Assembly (NCBI GenBank): GCA_965223295.1
Contig: CBDCWC010000002.1
Span: 384,001-448,000 of the forward strand
DNA: 64,000 nt
Reading direction: 5' to 3'
Origin: Nitrospirales bacterium
GTDB lineage: Bacteria > Nitrospirota > Nitrospiria > Nitrospirales > UBA8639
The notes under the pieces are model-generated. The model searched no databases, was not told where the DNA came from, and was given only the letters and a program-made list of their open reading frames with translations. A program made the position numbers and the translations under genes. How positions within the stretch are numbered: the first letter of the stretch is position 1; each line of letters opens with the position of its first letter. This document shows, piece after piece, positions 21,059 to 30,971 of the stretch.

Positions 21059-22720
21059 TTGATGCGTTACATATCCCTTATTGGCCAACTTGCCGGAGGA
21101 ATAGGCCTCTTTCTTCTGGCCATGAAATTCATTACCGATGGCTTGAAACTGGCTGCCGGCAATGCCTTGCGAAATCTTCTGGGGCGTTGGACCCAAACAC
21201 CAATCAAGGGGATTGGTGCAGGTTGTCTCTTAACCGCCATAGTTCAATCGTCCAGTGCCGTGACGGTCGCCACGATCGGTTTTGTCAATGCTGGACTGCT
21301 CACGTTGTTCCAAGCCGTGGGGGTTATCTATGGAGCCAACATCGGGACCACTATGACGGCATGGCTAGTGGCAATTTTGGGATTCAACATAAAAGTTGAA
21401 CTCTTTGCCTTACCCATGATCGGGATCGGCGTTCCTCTGTGGTTTCTCGCTTCACATTCTCGAAAAGGAGCTTTTGGACAAGTATTTGCAGGGTTTGGCT
21501 TATTTTTTATAGGGATAGATACGCTGAAAAATGCATTTCAGACCGCTTCATCGTCATTTAATCTGGCGATGGTTACCGAATTCGGAGTGCTAGGTGTCTT
21601 TTTTCTTGTCGGGATTGGATTTCTCCTTACGGTTCTTACCCAGTCATCAAGTGCGGCCATTGCCATGACCTTGACGGCGGCCAGTGGGGGCGTGTTGGCC
21701 ATGCCAAGTGCCGCGGCCATGGTGATCGGCTCGAATCTTGGTACCACGTCGACGGCGTTTTTTGCTGCCATCGGGGCCACGTCAAATGCCAAACGTGTAG
21801 CGGGAGCCCACATTGTGTTTAACGCGGTGACCGGCCTGGTTGCGCTGTGCATTCTTCCGCTTCTCATCTGGGTTACGACTGAAACCGGAAAAATTTTAAA
21901 ACTTGAGGACACACCCATCATGGTGCTGGCCTTATTTCATACCGTGTTCAATGTGTTGGGGGTCCTGATCCTTTGGCCGTTTACAAAGCGATTGGTGGCT
22001 TGGCTTCAGCTGCAGTATCGGACAGAAGAGGAAGACGAGAGTAGACCCAAATATCTTGATGAAACGGTTACGGCAACTCCTGCATTAGCGATGAATGCGT
22101 TATTGATGGAGATTGATCGAATCGGAGTGCTGGCCAGGCACACCGTTGTGACGGTCTTGATGCATGGAAAAGAATATGGCCGACGAATTCAAAGCCGAGA
22201 AGAAGTTATTGCTCAATTGGTTGAAACGGTAGGCCAATTCATTATCAAAACACAGAAGCTTCCTTTAGTTGAAACGGACGCGTCTACTCTTTCTAAGACC
22301 CTCCGTATCATGCACTATTTAGCAGAAGGGACAAACTTGGTCATGGGGGTTGTTGGGCTACAAACAGCAGGGGAGGGGTTGGCAGATAAATCTCTCACAC
22401 CTGCTTTTATCGGGCATACGCGAGCCGTCACGAACTGGCTGGTTAAAATTGACTTGCGATCAAGCCAAATGAGCGTTGAACAAATAGAGGCAGGTTTTGC
22501 TTCATTGGAACAGAGTTACCAAGACCTTAAAGAAGGACTTTTGCGAAGTGGTGCAACTGGAAACATTGGCCCTCGTGACCTTGACCACCTTCTTGATCTA
22601 CTCAGTCTGTTACATCGCGTGCTGGAACGACATCTGAAGGCTTTGAGAATGCTGATTCCCCTTCTCGCAGAGCGAGAGCTTTTCATTCCTCGGAAAGTGA
22701 ATGCGCCAGCTTTGCAGTAA
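21059..22720 (+). CDS. Na+/phosphate cotransporter family (PhoU-like C-terminus)
   Basis: Two QSSSA motifs, GANIGTT and GSNLGTT. Confidence 0.9.
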   Translation: MMRYISLIGQLAGGIGLFLLAMKFITDGLKLAAGNALRNLLGRWTQTPIKGIGAGCLLTAIVQSSSAVTVATIGFVNAGLLTLFQAVGVIYGANIGTTMTAWLVAILGFNIKVELFALPMIGIGVPLWFLASHSRKGAFGQVFAGFGLFFIGIDTLKNAFQTASSSFNLAMVTEFGVLGVFFLVGIGFLLTVLTQSSSAAIAMTLTAASGGVLAMPSAAAMVIGSNLGTTSTAFFAAIGATSNAKRVAGAHIVFNAVTGLVALCILPLLIWVTTETGKILKLEDTPIMVLALFHTVFNVLGVLILWPFTKRLVAWLQLQYRTEEEDESRPKYLDETVTATPALAMNALLMEIDRIGVLARHTVVTVLMHGKEYGRRIQSREEVIAQLVETVGQFIIKTQKLPLVETDASTLSKTLRIMHYLAEGTNLVMGVVGLQTAGEGLADKSLTPAFIGHTRAVTNWLVKIDLRSSQMSVEQIEAGFASLEQSYQDLKEGLLRSGATGNIGPRDLDHLLDLLSLLHRVLERHLKALRMLIPLLAERELFIPRKVNAPALQ

Positions 22721-22789
22721 CGAGGTATATTCGTACTTAGTTTTTGTTGTTGCCAACATTCAGTCTGTGTCGAGGACTAATTCCATTCA

Positions 22790-23060
22790 GGGAATGTTGA
22801 AAAAATCGCTAGTAGCGTTCCCTGCCTTCGCCGTAGTGGTTTCGCGCAGACAGGTCGTCATTGTTCCGTGCTTACGTCGTACCAGTGCGCTCCGTAAGCA
22901 AAAATGGCTGTGGCCTTCCCTTCGACAAGCTTAGGGATGGCTCCTTCGAGAAGTCTTAGGACAGGACTGGATAAACTTTTTTAACCATTCTCGTTGAATT
23001 GAAGTCGCCATGGCTCTGAAGGCCTTTTTATAATTTAAAAGTGAATCCTTTAACTGTTCC
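22790..23060 (+). mobile_element. MITE family 1, copy 2 (degenerate, with 34-bp and 48-bp nested modules)
   Basis: Left end GGGAATGTTGAAAAAA; shared core (TTCCGTGCT..CGT...GCGCTCCG...AAAATGGCTGTGGCCTT). Flanks ATTCA/ATTCT. Confidence 0.7.
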
Positions 23061-23182
23061 ATTCTACGAATATCTGAGGCGCAAGTCTTAGGTGCGAGCA
23101 GAGCGTGTTTCTTTGAGAGGCCAACGGATCTGCGAGTGATGTCGTTGAACGGTCTCCGCTCGTTTCCGTGCCCCGCTCTTTC

Positions 23183-24670
23183 TCATTGTGAACGCAGCTT
23201 TTCTATTTCTGCTGATTTTTTCTGCTTGTTTTCTTCACTTTGACGATAGGCCAAATAATATTTATATATATTGGCTACATAGCGAACCGGTTCTCTTCCG
23301 ACATAACGGAGGGCCACTTGTTCCATGTGGGAAAACCAGGCATGCGGGTTGAGTTGTAATTTTTTTGCACGGTGTTGGAGGGACTTCAATTTGGCGGGTC
23401 CCATGTTATAGGCCGCAAGAGAAAAATTGATTTGCTCCTGCGGTGTATATTGTTTGTGAGAAAAATAACGTTGACGTAAATAAGCTAAATATTTTACTCC
23501 TGCATGGACGTTATTCTCCGGTTGGTGAATATTGTGAATCTTAATCGGAGGGTTGTGTGCCGTTGAAGGTAAAATTTGCATGAGACCCACGGCGCCACGA
23601 GGGCTTTTCTTTGTGTGATCCAGTCGAGATTCTTGGTAGGCCTGTGCAGCCAACAGCTTCCAGTCGAAATGAAAAGCTTTTCCATATTTTTTGAACAGGC
23701 TCGTGTACAGGTCTAATTTTCGCTTCTCCCCTTTACTTAATGGATTGGTTATCCATTCTTCGTTTTTGTAGTACCGTTTAAACAAGATATTTCCCAGCAG
23801 CGTGCCTTTCTTATTCTTCTTTAGAAAAACATTGAGACTTTTTCGCAGCTCAGGATTGTTCGGTCGAATGGCCCAGGCAATTTTCCCGCCCTTATGGATT
23901 TCTAAATCCGGTCGCAGGGTAAGGTTCGGGAGAGAAGAAGTCCAGAGTTCAGCCAGGTGCTTGTCGGCAACCATTTGGTCAATCACGCCGCTGTTTGTGA
24001 GCTCTAAGAGATCTTCGGTCGTGAGATGTGCGCCAATTCTTGGGAATTGAATGGGTTGCAACTTCTTTCGACGAAAGCGTTGGTTGATGGCTTGCAAATG
24101 TGCCTTATAGCTAGTGCCCTTAGCTAAGTAGATTGACTTTCCTTGAAGATCTTGAAGCGAGCCTAATTTTTTGACTTGTTTGTTTGCCACGATGATTTCT
24201 TTCACGTTTGGGACGTAAGGCGTCGTAAACGTGACATGTTTTTGTCGTTCGGGCGTAATGGTCAATCCACTTGCGGCGATATCTCCTTTGCCTTGGGTTA
24301 AACCAGATAACAGTTGGTCAAAGGGAACAGGAATGTAGACAATTTGTGTGTGTAATTGTCCTTTCTTGATTCCTTTATTCAACCACTGAGCATAGGCTTG
24401 GAGAAGATCATACTCAAAGCCATGTGGCTGTCCTTTCACAATAAAAAAATTTGTTTTGCTATAGGTCACTAAGGCTCGAATCACATGGCGGCGTTTCATA
24501 GCCGGAAGGTCGCCAAGAAACACCTCTTGGATGTCGTGGTTTGGGTTGAGAGAGCTCTTGGCAAAGGCATTGGAAGAAGTGGAAAACATGACACACGTTA
24601 TCCAGATAAGTAGCGCGACCTTTAGTCGGTTGGGATATAGAAAGAACTTCGCGAAATTGCTGTGTTTCAT
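23183..24670 (-). CDS. MltF-like lytic transglycosylase (SBP + SLT domains)
   Basis: Signal peptide; GFEYDLL, GDIAASGLTITPER; SLT motifs AYQES, GLMQ, AAYN. Confidence 0.9.
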   Translation of the reverse strand: MKHSNFAKFFLYPNRLKVALLIWITCVMFSTSSNAFAKSSLNPNHDIQEVFLGDLPAMKRRHVIRALVTYSKTNFFIVKGQPHGFEYDLLQAYAQWLNKGIKKGQLHTQIVYIPVPFDQLLSGLTQGKGDIAASGLTITPERQKHVTFTTPYVPNVKEIIVANKQVKKLGSLQDLQGKSIYLAKGTSYKAHLQAINQRFRRKKLQPIQFPRIGAHLTTEDLLELTNSGVIDQMVADKHLAELWTSSLPNLTLRPDLEIHKGGKIAWAIRPNNPELRKSLNVFLKKNKKGTLLGNILFKRYYKNEEWITNPLSKGEKRKLDLYTSLFKKYGKAFHFDWKLLAAQAYQESRLDHTKKSPRGAVGLMQILPSTAHNPPIKIHNIHQPENNVHAGVKYLAYLRQRYFSHKQYTPQEQINFSLAAYNMGPAKLKSLQHRAKKLQLNPHAWFSHMEQVALRYVGREPVRYVANIYKYYLAYRQSEENKQKKSAEIEKLRSQ

Positions 24671-24833
24671 GTGGTGCTCATTTGGGGTACATGAATGTTG
24701 GTTTCATGTTGTCCGAACTTCTTCATAATAACTAGAGTAAGAACGGAGGTCCATGTTGATGGAGAAAGTGAGTTGATTTGTTTGATGTAGGAGGTAGTCA
24801 GATGAGTTTGCCTTAACACACTCGGGAGAAGCT

Positions 24834-25823
24834 TTAGGCGGATTGCGATTGCGAGGAAGAGGGTGATGAGGTCGAATAGCCAGAAGTTCGGAAAAATGCT
24901 TGGGCGACCATGTTTGAGATTTGATCGAATTGTTCCAAGACTTGTGCGAGGAAAGCAGATAAGCCAGTGGAGTAGACCTCTTCCAAGCTGCCGAATTCCA
25001 GGTCAGCGGCTAATGCCCCGGCTAACCGAATGGACTGGCGCGTTTCGGATCGGCGCGTACTGCCAGCAAGGAGTTCAATGAGTTCACTAGCTTGTGTGGT
25101 GGTAAAACGCACTGAACGGGGAAAGCGGTTATGAAAAAGGAGAAACCGCACTATTTTTTTGGGGACCAATTGTGCGGAATAAAACTTTCGATAGGCTTCA
25201 AAGGCACTGGCTGATTTTAAGGCTGCCAGACATTGATGATATTCCGAAATTCTTCTGGGTTCGGTTGTCGGGTCGCTTAGGACTGGGATATCCAGAAGAC
25301 GGGCTGTTCGGCTACCTCGTTCGATATTCTTTCCCAAACGATAAAAATTCCATCCTTCATCACGCACCATCGTTCCACCCATGACGCCATCGAAAGTGTA
25401 ACAAGTATTCCGTACATGTCGAAGGAGATCGTGGGTATCTGCCCACAGATCGACTTCTGTTTTCCCTTTTAGGCTAAAGTAAAAATCATTCATGAAATGC
25501 CACACTTCGCTAGATAACTGATCTTGAATGCCTCGCGCGTTGTTCCGTGCTGCCGCAATAAGATTGGTGAGGGAGTCCGGATTGTCTCGGCAGAGGGTGA
25601 CAAATTCAATGACTGTTTTGGTCAGAACTTCTTTGTAGAGGGTTTGGTAGGTTTCAAGTTCACCCGTATCCTCCAGATAGCGGGTCCAAATATTGGCTTG
25701 ATCTTCTCCTGTGCCGATTTCGGTCAACAGATGATAATGCACATTCACGAATCGGGCCGTATATTCCGCCCGTTCGATGTAGCGACCAATCCAAAAAAAA
25801 GATTCTGCTGTTCGGCTTAACAT
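24834..25823 (-). CDS. Alpha-E domain protein (DUF403)
   Basis: MLSRTAESFFWIGRYIERAE, ARNNARGIQDQLS, LGKNIER, FPRSV. Confidence 0.92.
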   Translation of the reverse strand: MLSRTAESFFWIGRYIERAEYTARFVNVHYHLLTEIGTGEDQANIWTRYLEDTGELETYQTLYKEVLTKTVIEFVTLCRDNPDSLTNLIAAARNNARGIQDQLSSEVWHFMNDFYFSLKGKTEVDLWADTHDLLRHVRNTCYTFDGVMGGTMVRDEGWNFYRLGKNIERGSRTARLLDIPVLSDPTTEPRRISEYHQCLAALKSASAFEAYRKFYSAQLVPKKIVRFLLFHNRFPRSVRFTTTQASELIELLAGSTRRSETRQSIRLAGALAADLEFGSLEEVYSTGLSAFLAQVLEQFDQISNMVAQAFFRTSGYSTSSPSSSQSQSA

Positions 25824-25826
25824 GCG

Positions 25827-27284
25827 TTATTCATCACGATAAAGCACCCACGTGTCTTTACTGCCGCCACCCTGGGAGGAGTTCACGACCAACGAACCTT
25901 CCTTGAGTGCGACACGGGTGAGACCGCCGAGAGAAAGAGTAATCTCTCCTCCCCACAGGACGAATGGGCGCAGGTCAATATGTCGTCCCATTAAATTGAG
26001 CGTGTCTTCTCCATCAATGACGCATGGATGGTGAGATAATGTCACGACTGGTTGGGCAATATAACTACGAGGATTGGCCAGAATTTTTTTTCGAAATTCA
26101 TCTTGTTGTGATTTGGTCGAACTAGGACCCATCAGCATCCCGTATCCACCGGATTCTGCGACGGCTTTTACGACTAACTCTCCGAGATGTTCCAGTACAT
26201 ATTGGCGGTCTTCTGGAATTTCACACAAATATGTCGGCACATTCTGGAGTATCGGTTGTTCACTCAAATAATAGGCGATCATTTTGGGGACAAAGGTATA
26301 GACAGCTTTATCGTCAGCGATGCCATTTCCGATCCCATTCGCTAAGGCGACGTTGCCTGCATGATAGGCACGGACAAGGCCGGGGACACCAAGGACAGAA
26401 TCTTTGCGAAAAATTTCTGGGTCGAGAAAGGCATCATCTACACGCCGATAAATGACATCAACTTGTTCGAGTCCCTGTGTGGTTTTCATATAGACCTTGT
26501 CGGATTCTACAACCAGGTCACGGCCTTCTACCATTTGTATGCCCATTTGTAACGATAAAAAGCTATGTTCAAAATAAGCCGAGTTGAACACGCCTGGAGT
26601 CAAGAGCACAACAGTCGGGTTTTCTTTGCTGAGTGGGGCCAAACCTTTCAGGTTTTCAAGTAGCTGGGTAGGGTAGTGATCCACAGGACGGACTTGCATG
26701 TCGGCGAAGAGATTCGGAAACAATTGTTTCATGACTAGACGGTTTTCCAAAACATAAGAAATGCCTGAGGGTGTCCGAAGGTTATCTTCGAGGACGAAAT
26801 ACTGTCCTTCATGGTTGCGTACTAAATCGATGCCCGAGACGTGGATGAATACCTCGTTAGGAGGACAGAATCCTACCAAATCTTTTTGGAACTGATCGGA
26901 GCTTTCAATGAGTTCTCGAGGGACAATCTTATCTTGAAGAATCCGTTGTTCTCCGTACAGGTCGACAAGAAACATGTTTAAGGCGCGAACCCGCTGTTGA
27001 ATACCCTTCTCAATGATTTGCCATTCAGAATTCGGAATGATTCGAGGCAGCAGATCGAATGGAAATATTTTTTCGGTTTGTTGCGGATCCCCATAGACGG
27101 TAAAGGTGATACCCTGTCGCAAGAAAGCTTGATCGGCCTGTTTCCGCTTTAATGCCAAGTCTTTCAAAGGGAAGTTCCCGAGCCGTTGGACGAGACGGCG
27201 ATAATGTGGCCGAGGTACCCCAGAGGATTCAAAGATCTCATCGAATCCGGATTTCATCTGATAGCGTTCAAACAGAGATTTCAC
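25827..27284 (-). CDS. Circularly permuted type 2 ATP-grasp protein
   Basis: GITFTVY, PFDLLPR, VLEDNLRTPSGISY, NSAYFEH, YRRVDD.FLDP, VNSSQGGGSKDTW. GTG start at 27284 with AAGGGA SD. Confidence 0.93.
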   Translation of the reverse strand: MKSLFERYQMKSGFDEIFESSGVPRPHYRRLVQRLGNFPLKDLALKRKQADQAFLRQGITFTVYGDPQQTEKIFPFDLLPRIIPNSEWQIIEKGIQQRVRALNMFLVDLYGEQRILQDKIVPRELIESSDQFQKDLVGFCPPNEVFIHVSGIDLVRNHEGQYFVLEDNLRTPSGISYVLENRLVMKQLFPNLFADMQVRPVDHYPTQLLENLKGLAPLSKENPTVVLLTPGVFNSAYFEHSFLSLQMGIQMVEGRDLVVESDKVYMKTTQGLEQVDVIYRRVDDAFLDPEIFRKDSVLGVPGLVRAYHAGNVALANGIGNGIADDKAVYTFVPKMIAYYLSEQPILQNVPTYLCEIPEDRQYVLEHLGELVVKAVAESGGYGMLMGPSSTKSQQDEFRKKILANPRSYIAQPVVTLSHHPCVIDGEDTLNLMGRHIDLRPFVLWGGEITLSLGGLTRVALKEGSLVVNSSQGGGSKDTWVLYRDE

Positions 27285-27560
27285 AAGTGTATCCCTTGAA
27301 ATCTGGCAACCATAGCCTACTATTCCGTGACGAATGTGTTCAATTAAAAAAGTTAACAATATAACATAGCTGTCCAACAAAATAACAATTTCGAGAAAGA
27401 TCAATCGATGAATCATTACTCATAGCAGTCAATTCCGTACTTTAATCACAAGCCCATTAGCAAAGCTATTGAGAGAATGCTATGATTGCCACGCGTGCTG
27501 TATGACTGCTACGCAATTCTAAATTAGTCTTTCTTCCTATATCAGCTAGAGTAAATATCT

Positions 27561-30500
27561 ATGGCGCTCCACGTCGCACTGAATCATCAGACGCATTATC
27601 GCTACGACCGCCTGGTGCAGATGTCTCCTCATGTCATTCGTTTACGACCGGCCCCCCATAGTCGAACGCCTGTTCTGAGCTATGCTCTCAACATTGAGCC
27701 CAAAGGGTACTTTCTGAATTGGCAACAAGATCCTCACGGTAATTATTTGGCGAGGGTTGTCTTTCCAGAAAAGGTTCAGGAATTTCATGTTGAGGTGGAT
27801 TTAGTGGCCGATATGGTCATCTATAATCCTTTTGATTTTTTTCTTGAGCCGGAAGCTGAAACACTCCCCTTTCAATATGAGCGAATGGTCAAGCAGGACC
27901 TTCTTCCCTATTTAGAAGTGGAGCAGGCTGGGCCTCGCCTACAAGAATGGCTGAGAAACTTTAAAGCTCCCAGCGATGATCCCACGATTCCCTTTTTGAT
28001 GAATCTGAACGGGCAATTGCAACGACAAATCGACTATGTGGTTCGAATGGAACCTGGTGTCCATACTCCCGAAGAAACGTTAGAGTTTGGCCGCGGGTCT
28101 TGCCGCGATACCGGATGGCTCCTTGTTCAGATCTTCCGGCATTTAGGGATTGCCAGCCGTTTTGTTTCAGGGTATTTGATTCAACTGGTCGCTGACGTGA
28201 AATCGCAAGATGGACCTGCGGGAACCGATCGAGACTTTACGGATTTACATGCGTGGGTTGAGGCCTATCTTCCGGGAGCTGGGTGGGTGGGTTTTGATCC
28301 CACCTCCGGATTGCTGGCGGGGGAAGGCCATATTCCTTTGGCCTGTACGCCGCATCCACTTATGGCGGCGCCAATTAACGGTGTCATCGATGAATGTGAA
28401 ACGGAGTTTTCTCATGACATGTCCGTGACGCGGATTGCAGAATCGCCAAGGGTGACGAAACCCTATACTGAAAAACAGTGGCAGGCTATCGATCAATTTG
28501 GTCATCGGCTGAGTGCCGAGTTGTCGGCCAATGATGTTCGAGTCACGATTGGCGGTGAGCCCACCTTTGTCTCGCTTGACTATCCAGACTCTCCGGAATG
28601 GAACACGGAAGCAGTAGGTCCCACCAAACAAGAATTTGCGGCCAAGCTCATCAAACGTCTGCGTGATCGCTTTGCGCCTGGAGCCCTTCTGCACTTTGGG
28701 CAAGGGAAGTGGTACCCCGGCGAGCAATTGCCTCGATGGGCCTTTGGTATCTATTGGCGGGAAAATGGAGCTGCTATATGGGAGCAAGATCACCTGATTC
28801 TTGAGGACTCTCCCACAGAAGAAGTCTCTCATCAAGATGCACAACAATTTATTGAGGGTATTGCTCGACGTGTCGACGTGGGCTGTGAAACGATTTATCC
28901 AGTCTACGAAGATCCCTGGCATCTTATCGGGCAAGAACGCAAGTTGCCCGAACAACTTGATCCGGCTACAAATAATTTGGATGATCCTATGGCGCGAGCC
29001 AGGTTAGCGAAAGCATTTGAGAAAGGGTTGGACACTCCGGCAGGCTACGTGTTGCCGTTGCAACGATGGAATGCTCGTGATGGCCAGTGCCGATGGATGA
29101 GTGAGCCTTGGTCGACCCGCACCAAGCACTTGTTTCTGGTGCCAGGTGATTCTCCGGTTGGATTTCGATTGCCCCTGCCTTCCCTTCCTGTGTTAGCACC
29201 TGGCGAATACCCGTATATTGTTCCCGCTGATCCTTTTGAAGAACGCGGTCCTCTTCCTGATCCCGATCCCAACCGGCAGCCATTTCTTCGAAGGCAGGTG
29301 GGGCAAGAACACCAAGAAGAGCAACCTCAACTGATCCATGGGCAAGTCACAGGGACTGGTACGAAACGGGCCGTCCGCGCAGCGTTGGCTGTTGAAGCTC
29401 GGAACGGGCATCTGTGGGTTTTCATGCCTCCGGTCGAATCGGTCGAAGATTATCTTGATTTAGTTGCCGCCATCCAAGATACAGCCGCCGAACTACACCA
29501 GCCTATTCATATAGAAGGGTACACGCCTCCCTATGATCCCCGCGTCAATGTGTTGAAAATTACTCCAGATCCTGGTGTCTTGGAAGTCAATATCCATCCG
29601 GCCTCCAGTTGGATGGATATGGTGGTGATCACGACAGGTATCTATGAAGAAGCCCGGCTTTGCCGACTGGGAACCGAAAAATTCATGTTAGACGGACGTC
29701 ATGCTGGAACTGGTGGTGGCAATCACATGGTTGTGGGAGGGAAAACTCCTGCTGATAGCCCGTTTTTACGAAGGCCAGATCTTTTGCGGAGCCTCGTGGC
29801 ATTTTGGCAGCGCCATCCTTCTCTTTCATATGTTTTTTCTGGGCTTTTTATTGGTCCAACCAGCCAGGCTCCGCGCATCGACGAAGCCCGGCATGATTCT
29901 CTCTATGAATTAGAACTTGGATTTACGCAAGTTCCACTTCCGAATGGCGATTATTATCCACCGCCTTGGCTCGTGGATCGGATTTTTCGAAATTTGCTCA
30001 TTGATGTGAGCGGCAACACCCATCGCACGGAGATTTGCATCGATAAACTCTATTCCCCGGATGGTCCGACGGGACGCCTTGGTCTGGTAGAATTTCGGGC
30101 GTTTGAAATGCCGCCACATGAACGGATGAGTCTGGTACAGCAAGCGCTTCTTCTCGCGTTGATTGCGCGTTTCTGGAAAACTCCCGATTCGGGTAGGCTG
30201 GTCAGGTGGGGGACGCAACTGCATGATCGATTTATGCTGCCTCATTTTTTGAAACAAGATCTTGATGATGTAATTCAGGATATGAACCAGGCAGGCTACG
30301 AGATTCAACAAGAATGGTTTGCCCCTCATCTGGAATTCCGATTTCCTCTGTATGGTGCTATTCATCATCAGGATTTAGTGATGGAAGTGCGGCAAGCACT
30401 TGAGCCTTGGCATGTGATGGGAGAGGACGGCGCTCCCGGCGGGACAGTTCGCTATGTAGATTCTTCAGTCGAGCGGTTGCAAGTGAAGCTCTCTGGCTTG

Positions 30501-30884
30501 ACCGATACCCGGTATGTGGTAGCCTGCAATGGAAAGCATGTGCCATTGATTCCAACGGGACGAGAGGGCGAAGCTGTAGGAGGAGTGCGGTACCGCGCCT
30601 GGCAGCCTCCAAATAGTTTGCATCCGAACATTGGTGTGGATGCCCCGCTCATCTTCGATATTTACGACCGATGGTCCGAACGGGCGGTCGCGGGGTGTAC
30701 CTATCATGTTGCGCACCAAGGCGGACGAAATTTTGAACAATTTCCGGTCAACTCCTATGAAGCAGAAAGCCGTCGGCTGGCCCGGTTTACCCCGTTTGGT
30801 CACACGGCTGGGTCCTATGTAGAACCTGCTGATACTTCTCGTCCAGAATTCCCTTTTACGCTTGATCTTCGATGGCCGGTCTAA
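27561..30884 (+). CDS. Transglutaminase + DUF2126 putative amidoligase fusion
   Basis: Intact triad GSCRD / DLHAW / FDPT, plus GGEPTF, TPDPGVLEVN, GTGGGNH, GNTHR and EFRAFEMPP. Confidence 0.92.
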   Translation: MALHVALNHQTHYRYDRLVQMSPHVIRLRPAPHSRTPVLSYALNIEPKGYFLNWQQDPHGNYLARVVFPEKVQEFHVEVDLVADMVIYNPFDFFLEPEAETLPFQYERMVKQDLLPYLEVEQAGPRLQEWLRNFKAPSDDPTIPFLMNLNGQLQRQIDYVVRMEPGVHTPEETLEFGRGSCRDTGWLLVQIFRHLGIASRFVSGYLIQLVADVKSQDGPAGTDRDFTDLHAWVEAYLPGAGWVGFDPTSGLLAGEGHIPLACTPHPLMAAPINGVIDECETEFSHDMSVTRIAESPRVTKPYTEKQWQAIDQFGHRLSAELSANDVRVTIGGEPTFVSLDYPDSPEWNTEAVGPTKQEFAAKLIKRLRDRFAPGALLHFGQGKWYPGEQLPRWAFGIYWRENGAAIWEQDHLILEDSPTEEVSHQDAQQFIEGIARRVDVGCETIYPVYEDPWHLIGQERKLPEQLDPATNNLDDPMARARLAKAFEKGLDTPAGYVLPLQRWNARDGQCRWMSEPWSTRTKHLFLVPGDSPVGFRLPLPSLPVLAPGEYPYIVPADPFEERGPLPDPDPNRQPFLRRQVGQEHQEEQPQLIHGQVTGTGTKRAVRAALAVEARNGHLWVFMPPVESVEDYLDLVAAIQDTAAELHQPIHIEGYTPPYDPRVNVLKITPDPGVLEVNIHPASSWMDMVVITTGIYEEARLCRLGTEKFMLDGRHAGTGGGNHMVVGGKTPADSPFLRRPDLLRSLVAFWQRHPSLSYVFSGLFIGPTSQAPRIDEARHDSLYELELGFTQVPLPNGDYYPPPWLVDRIFRNLLIDVSGNTHRTEICIDKLYSPDGPTGRLGLVEFRAFEMPPHERMSLVQQALLLALIARFWKTPDSGRLVRWGTQLHDRFMLPHFLKQDLDDVIQDMNQAGYEIQQEWFAPHLEFRFPLYGAIHHQDLVMEVRQALEPWHVMGEDGAPGGTVRYVDSSVERLQVKLSGLTDTRYVVACNGKHVPLIPTGREGEAVGGVRYRAWQPPNSLHPNIGVDAPLIFDIYDRWSERAVAGCTYHVAHQGGRNFEQFPVNSYEAESRRLARFTPFGHTAGSYVEPADTSRPEFPFTLDLRWPV

Positions 30885-30971
30885 TACCTCCACATTGTGA
30901 TGGGCGATGCTTTAATATGATGCTCAACTTAGTCTAGTTCTTTTCTTTGACACCTCACTATTGGATTCCTG

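Noticed and set aside
27285-27416. N-terminal extensions in the ORF track (25827-27416, 9977-11206, 13592-15001, 9262-10104)
   Set aside because: They overlap neighbours or intergenic DNA; downstream starts fit better (SD, stop/start coupling or less overlap).
27420-27560. Sigma54 promoter for the ATP-grasp/transglutaminase operons (also TGGCA before argG)
   Set aside because: The TGGCA matches lack GC at the required GG-N10-GC spacing.
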